Below, in pieces: positions 27,448 to 37,431 of a DNA stretch of 64,000 nucleotides. The stretch covers positions 8,616 to 72,615 of the forward strand of contig JBMFNX010000003.1 in NCBI GenBank assembly GCA_049969935.1. Direction: 5' to 3'. How positions within the stretch are numbered: position 1 is the stretch's first letter; each line of letters starts with the position of its first letter. Origin of the DNA: Nitrososphaeria archaeon (GTDB lineage Archaea > Thermoproteota > Nitrososphaeria > JACIWG01). Position numbers and translations under genes: made by a program. The notes under the pieces were generated by a model. It was not told the DNA's origin. It did no database searches and saw only the letters and a program-made list of their open reading frames with translations.

Positions 27448-28398
27448 TTATTTATGCCAGTCTATTGTGACAGCATGCTTGCCTGAAAGTCTCTGAACAT
27501 ATTCGTAGGCTGATAAAGCTGCTTTCGCACCCTCTGCAGCGGATATTACAAGCTGCTTGTATGGGGTGTTTGTTATGTCACCGCATGCGAGAACACCTGA
27601 TGTTGACGTTTCATTCCTGTTGTTAACTATTATCTGCTTCCTTTCATCGAAGGATACAATATCTTTAAATGGCTCAATATTAACTTCATAGCCCATTTCA
27701 ACAAAAACACCGTCTACTGGAATAGTGTAGACACCCTTATCCTGTGACTCTAAAACTATAGCATCAACTTTAAAGGAACCCTTTATTTCTCTAACAACTG
27801 TTCCATAAAACACTTTTATGCTTGGAGAGGCTAAAACCATTTCCACAAGCTCTCTATCGCCTGTAAGAGCAGACTTTCTCGTTATCAAGTTTACTTCACT
27901 CGCATATTTTGCCAACAATAGTGCAGCATCAAGTGCAAAATTTCCATCTCCTACAACTATAACACGCTTATTCCTATAAAGGGGGGCATCACATGTTGCA
28001 CAATATGAGACACCACTACCCTTAAACCTTTCCTCTCCAGGAACCTTTAAATCTCTTGGAACCTTTCCAGCCGCAATTATAACCGACCTTGAAACATATT
28101 CACCCTTTAAAGTCTTAACCCTGAAATGGCCTTCCCCAACCTTTTCAACCAATTTTACTTCATCTTGTATCACTTGAGCGCCGAAGCCTAAAGCCTGCTC
28201 ATACATCTTTTGAACCAATTCTAAACCACTTACCTTTTCAACTCCAGGATAATTTTCTATTTCCTTAGCCATTAAGGCTTGTCCGCCAATATCTTTGGTT
28301 ATAATTAGTGTATTCATTTTCCTACGACAGGCGTATATTCCAGCTGAAAGTCCAGCCGCACCCCCTCCAACTATTATAACATCATAGAATTCTTCCAT
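27448..28398 (-). CDS. trxB: thioredoxin-disulfide reductase
   Basis: 316-aa ORF with the FAD motif VIIVGGGAAGLSAG, the redox-active CATCDA, and a second dinucleotide motif VVGDGNFA. Confidence 0.9.
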   Translation of the reverse strand: MEEFYDVIIVGGGAAGLSAGIYACRRKMNTLIITKDIGGQALMAKEIENYPGVEKVSGLELVQKMYEQALGFGAQVIQDEVKLVEKVGEGHFRVKTLKGEYVSRSVIIAAGKVPRDLKVPGEERFKGSGVSYCATCDAPLYRNKRVIVVGDGNFALDAALLLAKYASEVNLITRKSALTGDRELVEMVLASPSIKVFYGTVVREIKGSFKVDAIVLESQDKGVYTIPVDGVFVEMGYEVNIEPFKDIVSFDERKQIIVNNRNETSTSGVLACGDITNTPYKQLVISAAEGAKAALSAYEYVQRLSGKHAVTIDWHK

Positions 28399-28416
28399 AA
28401 GTCTTTCAACCTTCCC

Positions 28417-29541
28417 CTACTTATAAAAGGTTTTTGCTAAAATTGTATTCAGCCTTTTAAGAGCATATTTTTTATCTTCTAAACCAACTTCTGAACCCTC
28501 AACAGCCTCTTTAATGAAACGTATAGATTCCTCATAAGCTTTCTTGTCTATTGGGTATGGTACACCATCTTTCCCGCCAACACAAAAGCTATATTTTATC
28601 GGATCCTCCCAGTCCACTTCAGCACCATATATTAGGTTAGATATTAATGCTAGAGCGCGAATTGTACTTGGCCCAACACCATATGCCATTAAAACTTCCT
28701 CAAAATCTTTTGGCTGTATTTCATAAAGTCTTTTAACCGCGTCCCAATCAACGTTAACAGGCATAACCAAGTTTTTGATAGCAGACTTTTTAGGCTCTGG
28801 AAGTATCCAGTCCATTAAAGTCACATGGAGTTTATCATTTAGTTCTCCAACCAAATTTTTAACTTTAACTGGCTTTTCCCTTAAGATATCGACTATAGTC
28901 TTCTGGGCGTCAACACTCTTACTTGAAGTAAGGTTCAGTACAGCATCCTCTATTTTTTCACCAAAAAGTCCACTGTGTGGTTCCAGAACAAAAGTTTGAA
29001 CTTTTTCAGAAAGCCAATGATATCTTCTAGCAAATCTATTTCCTGGGTTTAAGCCCTGCTGGACGACAGCCCAGCAGCCATCTTCTGAGATAAAGAAAGC
29101 GTGATGGTAGAGGGTGTAGCCGGCCTGTATTGCTGAAGTATCAACCTTTGCCACAATCCTACTACAGTACTTTAGTCTCTCTATTTTTTGGCTTGAAAGG
29201 GATAACTTTGAACCAAATTCTTCTATTTCATTTAAAGTTAACTTTGAAGCTCTTCCCTTTCCACCGCAGACAACTACACCATGCTCCTCTAAGTTTAGAG
29301 ATTCTTTTAATGCACCAGTCAATGTAGTGGTTAAACCTGAACTATGATAGTCAAAGCCTACAGCACATCCAAGAGATTGGAAAAAGAATGGATTTGAAAG
29401 CCTTCTAAGAAGCTCTCTTTTACCAAAGTCCTGTAATATTATTTCACAGATTGCCTTCGAAAGCCTAACCATTTTCTTGAATAGCCAAGGGGGACATTTT
29501 CCATCATGCAGTGGCAGGTAGGCTACACCAGTCTTCTTCAA
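28417..29541 (-). CDS. DUF763-family protein
   Basis: 374-aa ORF whose N-terminus (GVAYLPLHDGKCPPWLFKKMVRLS) matches my recollection of DUF763 proteins. It lies 18 nt upstream of trxB on the same strand. Confidence 0.55.
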   Translation of the reverse strand: MKKTGVAYLPLHDGKCPPWLFKKMVRLSKAICEIILQDFGKRELLRRLSNPFFFQSLGCAVGFDYHSSGLTTTLTGALKESLNLEEHGVVVCGGKGRASKLTLNEIEEFGSKLSLSSQKIERLKYCSRIVAKVDTSAIQAGYTLYHHAFFISEDGCWAVVQQGLNPGNRFARRYHWLSEKVQTFVLEPHSGLFGEKIEDAVLNLTSSKSVDAQKTIVDILREKPVKVKNLVGELNDKLHVTLMDWILPEPKKSAIKNLVMPVNVDWDAVKRLYEIQPKDFEEVLMAYGVGPSTIRALALISNLIYGAEVDWEDPIKYSFCVGGKDGVPYPIDKKAYEESIRFIKEAVEGSEVGLEDKKYALKRLNTILAKTFYK

Positions 29542-29632
29542 TTAAATTTTACACCATCATACTATCCTTTAAACTTTATTTTAGTGCCGAAGATAAAATC
29601 TTTTCGCATAAACTTTTGAAACAGACAACCTA

Positions 29633-30106
29633 TTATTTATTAAATAAGATTTGTAAGACGCCTACAATTATGAAAATAATTGGTATAATCAATTTGATTC
29701 TCTTAACAGGAAACATTTCTATAAGCTTACTGCCCAAGAACAAGGTTATTGAAGATATTGTCACCAACGCCAACATCGCACCTGAAATAATTTGTAGAGG
29801 ATTATTGAATACTGCAGCGAGAGCTATAACCATAAGTTGAGTCTTATCACCCATTTCTGTTGTAGAAATAAGTGCAAGTGATGCAAGAAACGGGGACCTT
29901 TTATTGTCTGTTGGACAAAATTCTTCATCCTTCCTAATATAAAAGTATATTCCAAAAATTATGAAGACAATACCTGCAAAAATTCTAACAAGTTGAAGGG
30001 GAATAAAAGATGTTAAGATTAAGCCTAAAACTACTGCTATTGAGTCTACAAAAAGAAAGCCTAAACTTGTACCCAAAATTATTGGAAGAAACCTCTTATA
30101 TCTCAT
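29633..30106 (-). CDS. UPF0016 / GDT1 (TMEM165)-family cation transporter; the true 5' end probably lies near 30206 with a frame disruption
   Basis: The second ExGDKT motif (TEMGDKTQL) lies inside the ORF. The first motif (AEFGDKTQL) is encoded in frame upstream of the annotated Met, but no ATG/GTG/TTG precedes it. ATGATG at 30206-30201 is out of frame by one base. Confidence 0.75.
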   Translation of the reverse strand: MRYKRFLPIILGTSLGFLFVDSIAVVLGLILTSFIPLQLVRIFAGIVFIIFGIYFYIRKDEEFCPTDNKRSPFLASLALISTTEMGDKTQLMVIALAAVFNNPLQIISGAMLALVTISSITLFLGSKLIEMFPVKRIKLIIPIIFIIVGVLQILFNK

Positions 30107-30275
30107 GTAAAGTGCGAGTGTACAAAGCTGAGTTTTATCCCCGAACTCGGCTAGGAAGACGGTTCCTAAAGTGAAGAAAAAAGGGTATAAGTCCGTATTA
30201 CATCATCTTAACCCTCTTCTAAAAATAATTTAAAAGTTTAAAACAAGTGATTGAAAATAGTTGTAACGTGATATT

Positions 30276-30695
30276 TTGTTGAATGACCTATGGATAGCAA
30301 GAGAACATTTGCTTAAAAATGACCTTTCATTCGTTATCGTAAAGAATGGTGAAATCCTATTCGAGAGTAGAGAGGGTGGAGTAAGGAAAATTTTGGAGAC
30401 TGTCAGAGACCATGGGCAAAAGCTTGTAAACTCTGCATTAGCTGACAAGGTTGTTGGTAAGGCAGTGATGCTTATTGCATTAAAAGTTGGATTCGATTCA
30501 ATATATGCAAAAATCTTGAGTAAAAGTGCTTTAGATATTGCTTCGAAAGCGAATAAAAGTCTAGTATATGATGAGGTTGTGGAATTTATAGTGAACAGGG
30601 ATGGAACAGACATCTGCCCGTTCGAGAAGAGTGTAAAATTTGTAGAAGATCCTGAAATCGCGTATAATATTTTATGTAAGATGGTGTTCAAATGA
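30276..30695 (+). CDS. DUF1893 (TM1506-like) protein
   Basis: 139-aa ORF with DUF1893-like sequence (FVIVKNGEILFESREGGVRKILE...LADKVVGKAVMLIA...CPFEKSV). Confidence 0.6.
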   Translation: MLNDLWIAREHLLKNDLSFVIVKNGEILFESREGGVRKILETVRDHGQKLVNSALADKVVGKAVMLIALKVGFDSIYAKILSKSALDIASKANKSLVYDEVVEFIVNRDGTDICPFEKSVKFVEDPEIAYNILCKMVFK

Positions 30696-30701
30696 TGTTA
30701 T

Positions 30702-31193
30702 TCAAACCTTTTTAATTGAAATTTCAAGGATACCGTTCTTGTAAGTTGATTTTAAGGTTTTAGGATCCACTTTTGAAGGCAAGCGTATAATTTTACTATA
30801 GCTTCTTACATCATCAACCTTTATCTTTAATACATCTTCTTCTAACTCTAATTTTATATTATCTTCTGACAGGCCAGGCAGTTCAGCTATAATCCTTACC
30901 TCATCACTTCTTTCAAAAACATCTACTACATGCTCCATTTCTTTACCTTCATTTAAAGAGCTTCTTAAGTTAATGTTGCCAAATTCTTTAATCGAAGGTT
31001 TACCGTCGGGGCCTATAGTTATACTGTAACCGTATAGGAAGGGGCCTAATTTAGGCTCATTCTGAAAACCTTTTGAAGCATCATTGGATTCATATTGTTT
31101 GAAAGCTTCTTCAAAAATTTTATCAATTACCCTAAAAAATTCATCAAAATACCTTTTTCTCTTATTGAACCATGTATCGAAATCGTCGCTCAA
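30702..31193 (-). CDS. hsp20: Hsp20/alpha-crystallin small heat-shock protein
   Basis: 163-aa ORF with an alpha-crystallin domain: VDVFERSDEVRIIAELPGLSEDNIKLELEEDVLKI...YKNGILEISIKK. Confidence 0.85.
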   Translation of the reverse strand: MSDDFDTWFNKRKRYFDEFFRVIDKIFEEAFKQYESNDASKGFQNEPKLGPFLYGYSITIGPDGKPSIKEFGNINLRSSLNEGKEMEHVVDVFERSDEVRIIAELPGLSEDNIKLELEEDVLKIKVDDVRSYSKIIRLPSKVDPKTLKSTYKNGILEISIKKV

Positions 31194-31250
31194 TTTATCT
31201 AGTCTAATAGGAGACTATAACATGTTATAAACTTTTTCAAACCTTTTAAA

Positions 31251-32603
31251 TTATTGTTGAAGCCGCCTTATTATTTCATTTGCCACTATCAGTCCTGAAG
31301 CTGAAGCTTGAACAAGGCCTCTTGAGACACCGGCACCATCACCTATGGTGAACAGGTTTTTAACCTCAGTTTCAAGGCATTTTGAAAGCTTAAGTCTTGA
31401 AGAGTAAAATTTTACCTCTATACCGTAGAGGAGGGTGTGATTAGAGTATACTCCTGGTGCAAGCTTGTCGAGAGACTTGAGCATCTCCTTTATGTCAGTT
31501 AAGTATCTTCCAGGTAGAACAAAACTTAGGTCTCCTGGTCGGGCTGTCTTTAAAGTTGGGGTGACAATACTTCTTGAAATACGTTCTTCAGTTGACCTTC
31601 GACCAATCTCTAAGTCGCCTAAACGTTGTATCATTACACCATTCACTAGAAGGTTTGCTAGTTTAGCAATATACTTTCCATAGCCTATTGGATCCCTGAA
31701 TGGTTCCGTAAACTGTGTGCTAACGAGTACAGCAAAGTTTGTATTCTCAGACTTTTTTGTCTGATAGCTGTGGCCATTTACTGTTATTAGATCGTTTATT
31801 CTTTCCTCTACAACATAACCGTATGGATTTACACAGAATGTTCTCACCTTATCATCAAAGGACTTTGAGTAGTATACTAGCTTTGGCTCATATAAAACTG
31901 AGGTTAGAGGTTCAAGGACCTCAGCTGGAACCTCGACCCTAACACCTAAGTCTACAGGGTTAACGCTTGAACTTAACCCTAACCTTTCAGCCTCCCTCTT
32001 AAGCCAGTCAGCACCACTTCTACCTGGAGCGAGTACAACAAAGTCTGCATCAATTTTCCTATCATCAACTGTAACAACACCTTTAACGCGACCATTTTCT
32101 GTGATAACATGCTTGACTTCAGTTTCCATAAATATGTCCACATTTTTTTCCAAATCCTTTCTAATATTCTGAAGTATTTTCGGGCAAAGGTCAGTTCCTA
32201 GATGACGTAATTTACTTGGAATAAGCCTAAAGTCAGCTTTAGCTGCATCTCTCATTATTTTAAGTATACGGTCTTCATCTACGCCATAAACTTTTTCTGG
32301 AGCACCGTAGGCCAAAAAGATTTTGTCAACCTTTTCCATAATCTGGACAAGCTCCTTTTCTTCAACATAATCTATCAACCATCCTCCAGTTTCTGTAGAA
32401 AATGTTAGTTTCCCGTCACTGAAGGCTCCAGCGCCACCCCAGCCACAGTATATTCCATCCGACGAAGACTTTAACCTTTTATCCAAGTCTTTACCCTTAT
32501 CTATAATCGTAACCCTAACTGAACCATTTTTTGAAAGCTCAAGTGCAGTAAATATTCCAGCTGGACCCGCTCCAACAATCAGCACATGCTTTTTCGAATG
32601 CAA
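31251..32603 (-). CDS. FAD-dependent dehydrogenase (COG2509-like)
   Basis: 450-aa ORF with the N-terminal dinucleotide fold VLIVGAGPAGIFTA and C-terminal GDGAGVSRG. Confidence 0.7.
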   Translation of the reverse strand: MHSKKHVLIVGAGPAGIFTALELSKNGSVRVTIIDKGKDLDKRLKSSSDGIYCGWGGAGAFSDGKLTFSTETGGWLIDYVEEKELVQIMEKVDKIFLAYGAPEKVYGVDEDRILKIMRDAAKADFRLIPSKLRHLGTDLCPKILQNIRKDLEKNVDIFMETEVKHVITENGRVKGVVTVDDRKIDADFVVLAPGRSGADWLKREAERLGLSSSVNPVDLGVRVEVPAEVLEPLTSVLYEPKLVYYSKSFDDKVRTFCVNPYGYVVEERINDLITVNGHSYQTKKSENTNFAVLVSTQFTEPFRDPIGYGKYIAKLANLLVNGVMIQRLGDLEIGRRSTEERISRSIVTPTLKTARPGDLSFVLPGRYLTDIKEMLKSLDKLAPGVYSNHTLLYGIEVKFYSSRLKLSKCLETEVKNLFTIGDGAGVSRGLVQASASGLIVANEIIRRLQQ

Positions 32604-32700
32604 ACCCAGATTTCTCCAAGGGCAAATTCAAGGAACATCTTATTTAAAAATATTTTATGTAAAGAAATATTTATTTAAAAGATTTGTAGAAAGACAAACC

Positions 32701-33879
32701 ATGGAAGATATTGAGTATGAGATAAATGTTCTCAAAAAAATTGTTTCATATAACACCGATTCTGTGACAAAATCATACTATCTCGAATGTGCTGAGGCAA
32801 TTGCAGATGAGGCTGAGAAGATAGGGTTGAAGACTGAAATTTATGATGCAAGACATAAGGCGAAGGATGGTCTGCCAAGACCAAATGTTGTAGCAACACT
32901 AGATGTTGGAGCACAAAAGACAATCTTGTGCATAGCACACTATGATATTGTACCAGCTGGAAACGGATGGAAATATGATCCCTTCACGTTAACCGTGGAA
33001 GGGGGAAGAGCTTATGGTAGAGGGGCTGCTGACGATAAAAGTGCGATAGCAACATTACTTGGAGTCGCGAGGAAAGTGGGTAAAAGTGCTAAAATGAACA
33101 TGAAGATTCTTGCTACAGCAGACGAGGAAGTAGGAGGTGAACTTGGATTAGGTTATCTTATAAACGATGTGGGAATAAGTGGGGATGAGGCATTAATTGT
33201 GGATGCTGGAACAGAAATACTGTCTATTGGAGCTAGTGGCATAGTTTCTGGGACAATAACTGTTAAGGGTATTCAGGGACATGCAGGATATCCTCATAAG
33301 GCCTTGAATGCTGTAGAAGGATTATGTAAGCTTGTCACAAATTTGGAAAAATTTAAAAGTTTTAGAGAAAATAAGCTTTCAAAATTTGATGCACCTCCAG
33401 GCTCATACAAGCCTAAAGTTTGGGGAAGGTTTTCAGTGACAATGCTTCAGGCTGGAATGAAAAGCAATATTATACCTGGTTCTGCAACAGCAACCTTTGA
33501 TATGAGATTATTGCCAGAAGAGGATGAAGATAAGGCGAGAATGGAGTTGGAGGAGTTTATCTCTAAAGTCGACCTCGGTGACCCAAGATATAAGGTTGAA
33601 CTGAATATAAGTTTAAGTGGAGGAAACTATTTCACAGACCCTAGCCTACCTCTTGTCCAAAACTTTAGAGCAGCAATAGAAAAGGTGACAGGCAAAACTA
33701 TTCCTATAGCGGCTGAGCTTGGTGGTAACGATGGAAGGTATACTAGTGCTAAAGGTATTCCAACAATATGCTATGGGCCCATAAGAAATGATACAAACTT
33801 TCACGGCGTTAACGAGTTCGTTTGGCTTGAGGATATAAAAAGTGTTAGGGATGCGATCTGCTGGTACCTAACACATTAG
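32701..33879 (+). CDS. M20-family metallopeptidase (ArgE/DapE-like deacylase)
   Basis: 392-aa ORF with AHYDIVPAG, GRGAADDKS and TADEEVGG motifs. Confidence 0.8.
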   Translation: MEDIEYEINVLKKIVSYNTDSVTKSYYLECAEAIADEAEKIGLKTEIYDARHKAKDGLPRPNVVATLDVGAQKTILCIAHYDIVPAGNGWKYDPFTLTVEGGRAYGRGAADDKSAIATLLGVARKVGKSAKMNMKILATADEEVGGELGLGYLINDVGISGDEALIVDAGTEILSIGASGIVSGTITVKGIQGHAGYPHKALNAVEGLCKLVTNLEKFKSFRENKLSKFDAPPGSYKPKVWGRFSVTMLQAGMKSNIIPGSATATFDMRLLPEEDEDKARMELEEFISKVDLGDPRYKVELNISLSGGNYFTDPSLPLVQNFRAAIEKVTGKTIPIAAELGGNDGRYTSAKGIPTICYGPIRNDTNFHGVNEFVWLEDIKSVRDAICWYLTH

Positions 33880-33883
33880 CCCT

Positions 33884-35452
33884 TTACCTTCTTAAGATTT
33901 CGGTTTCCATAGGCTTTATGGGCTTATCCGGGTCATAGCCCATTTCTATTCCCCAGCTTCTTATCGCCCTAAGAAGAGCCCATATCCCAAATTTCGCTAT
34001 CGGTGGAAATATTATTTTTCCTACAGGATTATTCTTTAATATCATTGGCAGGCTTGAATCAATTTCCTTTGCTATATGCTTCCATGCAGTATAAATTAGA
34101 AGAAACCTTTCCTCAGTCATAGATTCAGAAATATTAAAGAAACTTTCATTTCTCAAGACACCCAGTGGTATGAAGGCTAAAGGTGTTACCGTGAAATGGG
34201 CTCTTGAACCAAGCTTCTCCATTAGAAACTTTTCCATCGCCAAAATTAGGGCGGCTGTTTCAAGCACATCATCTTTTGATTCACCCGGTAAACCTATCAT
34301 GAGGGTGTAGGCTGGGAACCAGAAGTTTCTGTTTAAAATATATGTTCCCTCCATTATAATTTTTGGCCACTCTTCTGGAGAAAATGGTTTAACCTTGTTT
34401 GCCATATACTTTTTCATAAGCGATGGTGAAGCTGTCTCCATGCCCACTTGTATTCCAACCCATTTTTCAGAATTTGCGCCGACGACTTTGGAAATGTTTT
34501 CCACCATCAATGGGTCAGCTGCGACGGGAGCGATGCTTCCATGTGTTGGATTAACATACTTTATACCCTTCAAGCTCATGACACTTCTGAAGAGGCCTAC
34601 TACTTCCTCAGAGTTTGGATAAAAGTTTCGAAAATCTCTAAGCTTGTACAAGAAAATGTCTTCGCTATGAAGCCAACCATGACATATTCCATGCTTCAGG
34701 TTAACCTTAACTTCATCCAATATTTTTTCATCTGAAATAAAGCGTACAGCCCTTAGGTTGGGTTCACAAAACTTACAGTTTCTTCCACAGCCTCTCATGA
34801 CTTCAACCATGCCCTTATATGAGGGGTTAACTATGGTTGATATTTCCTCAACCTTCGGAAAATTTTTAACCTGTATTACTTCTGGAGCGTTGCCTTGAAC
34901 TATTTGTTCAAATATGTCGTTTATAACATGGTCCGTTTCCCCCACAACAACGTGGTCAACACCGAGTTCCCTCCATTTTCCAGTTAAAGCAAGCTGCCAG
35001 CTTCCTGGACCGCCAACAACAATCTTGTACCTGTACCCACGTTTTATTCTCATAACATTTAAGCCTTTGACGAGTTCAGTAAACTTTTTCTTGCTATAGG
35101 ATGTCAGTAGACCTCCGAATGTGAACATCATAGAGACAGGGCCTAAACCGAGGGGGTCCATTGTGGAGACACCAACGATATCCGTTCGATCGTCAACAAA
35201 CTTCTGAATATGGGAAGGATGAACTATAGTAACATCTGATATATTCAAACGTTTTAGTAGTGATGCTTCAACCTTTCTAATAGAATATGGGGCAACCTTT
35301 AGCACACCATCTTTGTGCTCAAGCTGCGTATTTAGGATATTGAATATGAGTGATGGAACCTTCTCTGATGGCGCACATGGTAGAAAGTCTAGGAGTGGTA
35401 TGTCCCTATATGTTCCAGTTAAGGTTTCATCGCATGTTAAGACTGTTTTCAT
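33884..35452 (-). CDS. radical SAM protein with an N-terminal B12-binding-like domain
   Basis: 522-aa ORF with the radical SAM motif MRGCGRNCKFCEP, preceded by an about 200-aa Rossmann-like region (IVGVST...KIVVGGPG). Confidence 0.75.
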   Translation of the reverse strand: MKTVLTCDETLTGTYRDIPLLDFLPCAPSEKVPSLIFNILNTQLEHKDGVLKVAPYSIRKVEASLLKRLNISDVTIVHPSHIQKFVDDRTDIVGVSTMDPLGLGPVSMMFTFGGLLTSYSKKKFTELVKGLNVMRIKRGYRYKIVVGGPGSWQLALTGKWRELGVDHVVVGETDHVINDIFEQIVQGNAPEVIQVKNFPKVEEISTIVNPSYKGMVEVMRGCGRNCKFCEPNLRAVRFISDEKILDEVKVNLKHGICHGWLHSEDIFLYKLRDFRNFYPNSEEVVGLFRSVMSLKGIKYVNPTHGSIAPVAADPLMVENISKVVGANSEKWVGIQVGMETASPSLMKKYMANKVKPFSPEEWPKIIMEGTYILNRNFWFPAYTLMIGLPGESKDDVLETAALILAMEKFLMEKLGSRAHFTVTPLAFIPLGVLRNESFFNISESMTEERFLLIYTAWKHIAKEIDSSLPMILKNNPVGKIIFPPIAKFGIWALLRAIRSWGIEMGYDPDKPIKPMETEILRR

Positions 35453-35462
35453 ACAAATTCAC

Positions 35463-35864
35463 CTACAGAATGTTAAGGATTAGGTTGGAAACCAACTTTG
35501 ATAGACGAAGTTTAAGATAATTTTTTAGAACATCATCTCTTGTTTCACGAATTTTATTAGAATATATGTGGATTAGGGACGTGAGCTCGTTCATCGGATC
35601 CTTTAAAGTGATTTCCTCATGCGCTCTCATTTCCTCGATTAAGGTCTTTATTTTTGAACTTAACTTGAAAATCTTTTTCTGGCTATGAAACCTGTCACGT
35701 TCAATGCTGACAATATTATTTTTTGCAAGAGTGTCCAGAGCCTTGATTAGGGTTACTCTCGAAATTTTTCCACGCAGCTTTGACGCTAGCCTATTAAATG
35801 ATATTCCTTCAACATGATATGATAGTTCATCCAATATTGTGGCATGAACTTGGTTTAGCCGCAC
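35463..35864 (-). CDS. winged-helix DNA-binding protein
   Basis: 133-aa ORF with an N-terminal wHTH-like segment (ISFNRLASKLRGKISRVTLIKALDTLAKNNIVSIE). It lies 10 nt upstream of the radical SAM gene on the same strand. Confidence 0.5.
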   Translation of the reverse strand: MRLNQVHATILDELSYHVEGISFNRLASKLRGKISRVTLIKALDTLAKNNIVSIERDRFHSQKKIFKLSSKIKTLIEEMRAHEEITLKDPMNELTSLIHIYSNKIRETRDDVLKNYLKLRLSKLVSNLILNIL

Positions 35865-35919
35865 AAACTGGTGTAAGATTATACTGGTATATTAGTTTAT
35901 CGGTAACCTTTGGATACAG

Positions 35920-37353
35920 TCAAATTTGGCCGAGTTGAACCACATGCCTTTTGTACCATATCGTTTTATCCGGATAGTCGATTAACTCGATATTCATTTC
36001 CCTTAACTTTTCCCTTATAAGGTCAGCCTCTCTAAAATTGCGATTCCTCCTATACTCATTTCTTTTTCTTACCAATTCCTCAACCATAATCCTTTCTTCG
36101 CCAGTTAAAGTTGCAAACTTTAACCCGAAAACATATGAAATTTTCTCGAATGCACTCTTGAATACTTTCGAATTTTCTCTGTTAAGCTTTCCCTCAGAAG
36201 CATACCTGTGTATTTCTTTAACCAATTTCATGAATGCAGCGAGAGCGGTTGGAGTTTTGAAGTCGTCGTCCATAGCGTTCTCAAATTCTCCGATTATATG
36301 TTCACATAATTGCCTAGCTTCATTCACGAAATGAGCATCTTCTTTTAGATCAAAATAGTTTAGTTCAGCGTAAGAGGATTCGATGAGCTTTAGATTGTCC
36401 AAAGCATTTTTTATAACATTTTCATCAAAATCTAGTGGTGAACGGTAGTGGCTGGCAATAAACATTAGTCTAAGAGCATTTGGCCCAACCTTGTTTAACA
36501 TTTCTCTTACCGGTATAAAGTTGCCTAAAGATTTACCCATCCTTTCACCCCTTACTGTAAGAAGGCCCGTATGTATCCAGACTTTCGCGAAAGGTTCACC
36601 CATTAAGGCCTCAGATTGGGCGATTTCATTTTCATGATGTGGAAATATTAGGTCTGAACCGCCTCCGTGAATGTCCAAAGTTCCATTAAACTGTTTAAGT
36701 GCCATGGTTGAACATTCTATATGCCAGCCGGGGCGACCTTCACCCCATGGGCTTTCCCACTTTGGTTCAGATTTAAAGAACTTCCATAGTGCGAAATCAA
36801 GTGGATTCCTTTTTGTTGGATCAACTTCAACTCTTGCTCCCGCCTGAAGCTGTTCAATACTATAGTGTGAAAGTTTTCCATATTCCTTGAACTTTGAAAC
36901 ATCAAAGTATACTCCAGTCTCCGTCACATAAGCATACCCCTTCTCTAGAAGCCTTCCTATCATTTCTATCATCGATTTAATGTATTCTGTCGCTTTAGGA
37001 TAGTAGTCTGCGGGAATAATGTTAAGTGCTTCAGAAACTTCCATAAAATCCTTTATGTACCTTTCAGCCAAATCTTTTGTTGAAATGTTTAGCTCACTCG
37101 CTCTTCTTATAATTTTATCGTCAACATCCGTGAAATTTTGGACGTGAATAACCTTATACCCCTTATACATTAGATAACGTTTGATAATATCAAATGAAAT
37201 ATATGTTCTTGCATGCCCAATGTGTGTACTATCGTATACTGTTACACCACATACGTACATTTTGACAATATTGTCTTCTAGGGGTTGAAAAGGTTCCTTT
37301 CTTCTAGTTAGAGTATTGTATATCATTATCGTGTTAGACAAGCTGCTCTCCAC
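35920..37353 (-). CDS. cysS: cysteine--tRNA ligase
   Basis: 477-aa ORF with HIGH motif (THIGHARTY) and KMSKS-type motif (KMGKSLGN). Confidence 0.9.
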   Translation of the reverse strand: MESSLSNTIMIYNTLTRRKEPFQPLEDNIVKMYVCGVTVYDSTHIGHARTYISFDIIKRYLMYKGYKVIHVQNFTDVDDKIIRRASELNISTKDLAERYIKDFMEVSEALNIIPADYYPKATEYIKSMIEMIGRLLEKGYAYVTETGVYFDVSKFKEYGKLSHYSIEQLQAGARVEVDPTKRNPLDFALWKFFKSEPKWESPWGEGRPGWHIECSTMALKQFNGTLDIHGGGSDLIFPHHENEIAQSEALMGEPFAKVWIHTGLLTVRGERMGKSLGNFIPVREMLNKVGPNALRLMFIASHYRSPLDFDENVIKNALDNLKLIESSYAELNYFDLKEDAHFVNEARQLCEHIIGEFENAMDDDFKTPTALAAFMKLVKEIHRYASEGKLNRENSKVFKSAFEKISYVFGLKFATLTGEERIMVEELVRKRNEYRRNRNFREADLIREKLREMNIELIDYPDKTIWYKRHVVQLGQI

Positions 37354-37431
37354 AAATTTGTATCTTTGATGATAAAAAGTTTAGTATAAAAGAATAACAT
37401 TTTAAACTTGTTCCATAAACCCTCTAACATC

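Noticed and set aside
30230-30691. Minus-strand 153-aa ORF overlapping the DUF1893 gene.
   Set aside because: Its translation is S/T/L/F-rich and low complexity, whereas the plus-strand product has a coherent DUF1893-like sequence. It is treated as an antisense artefact.
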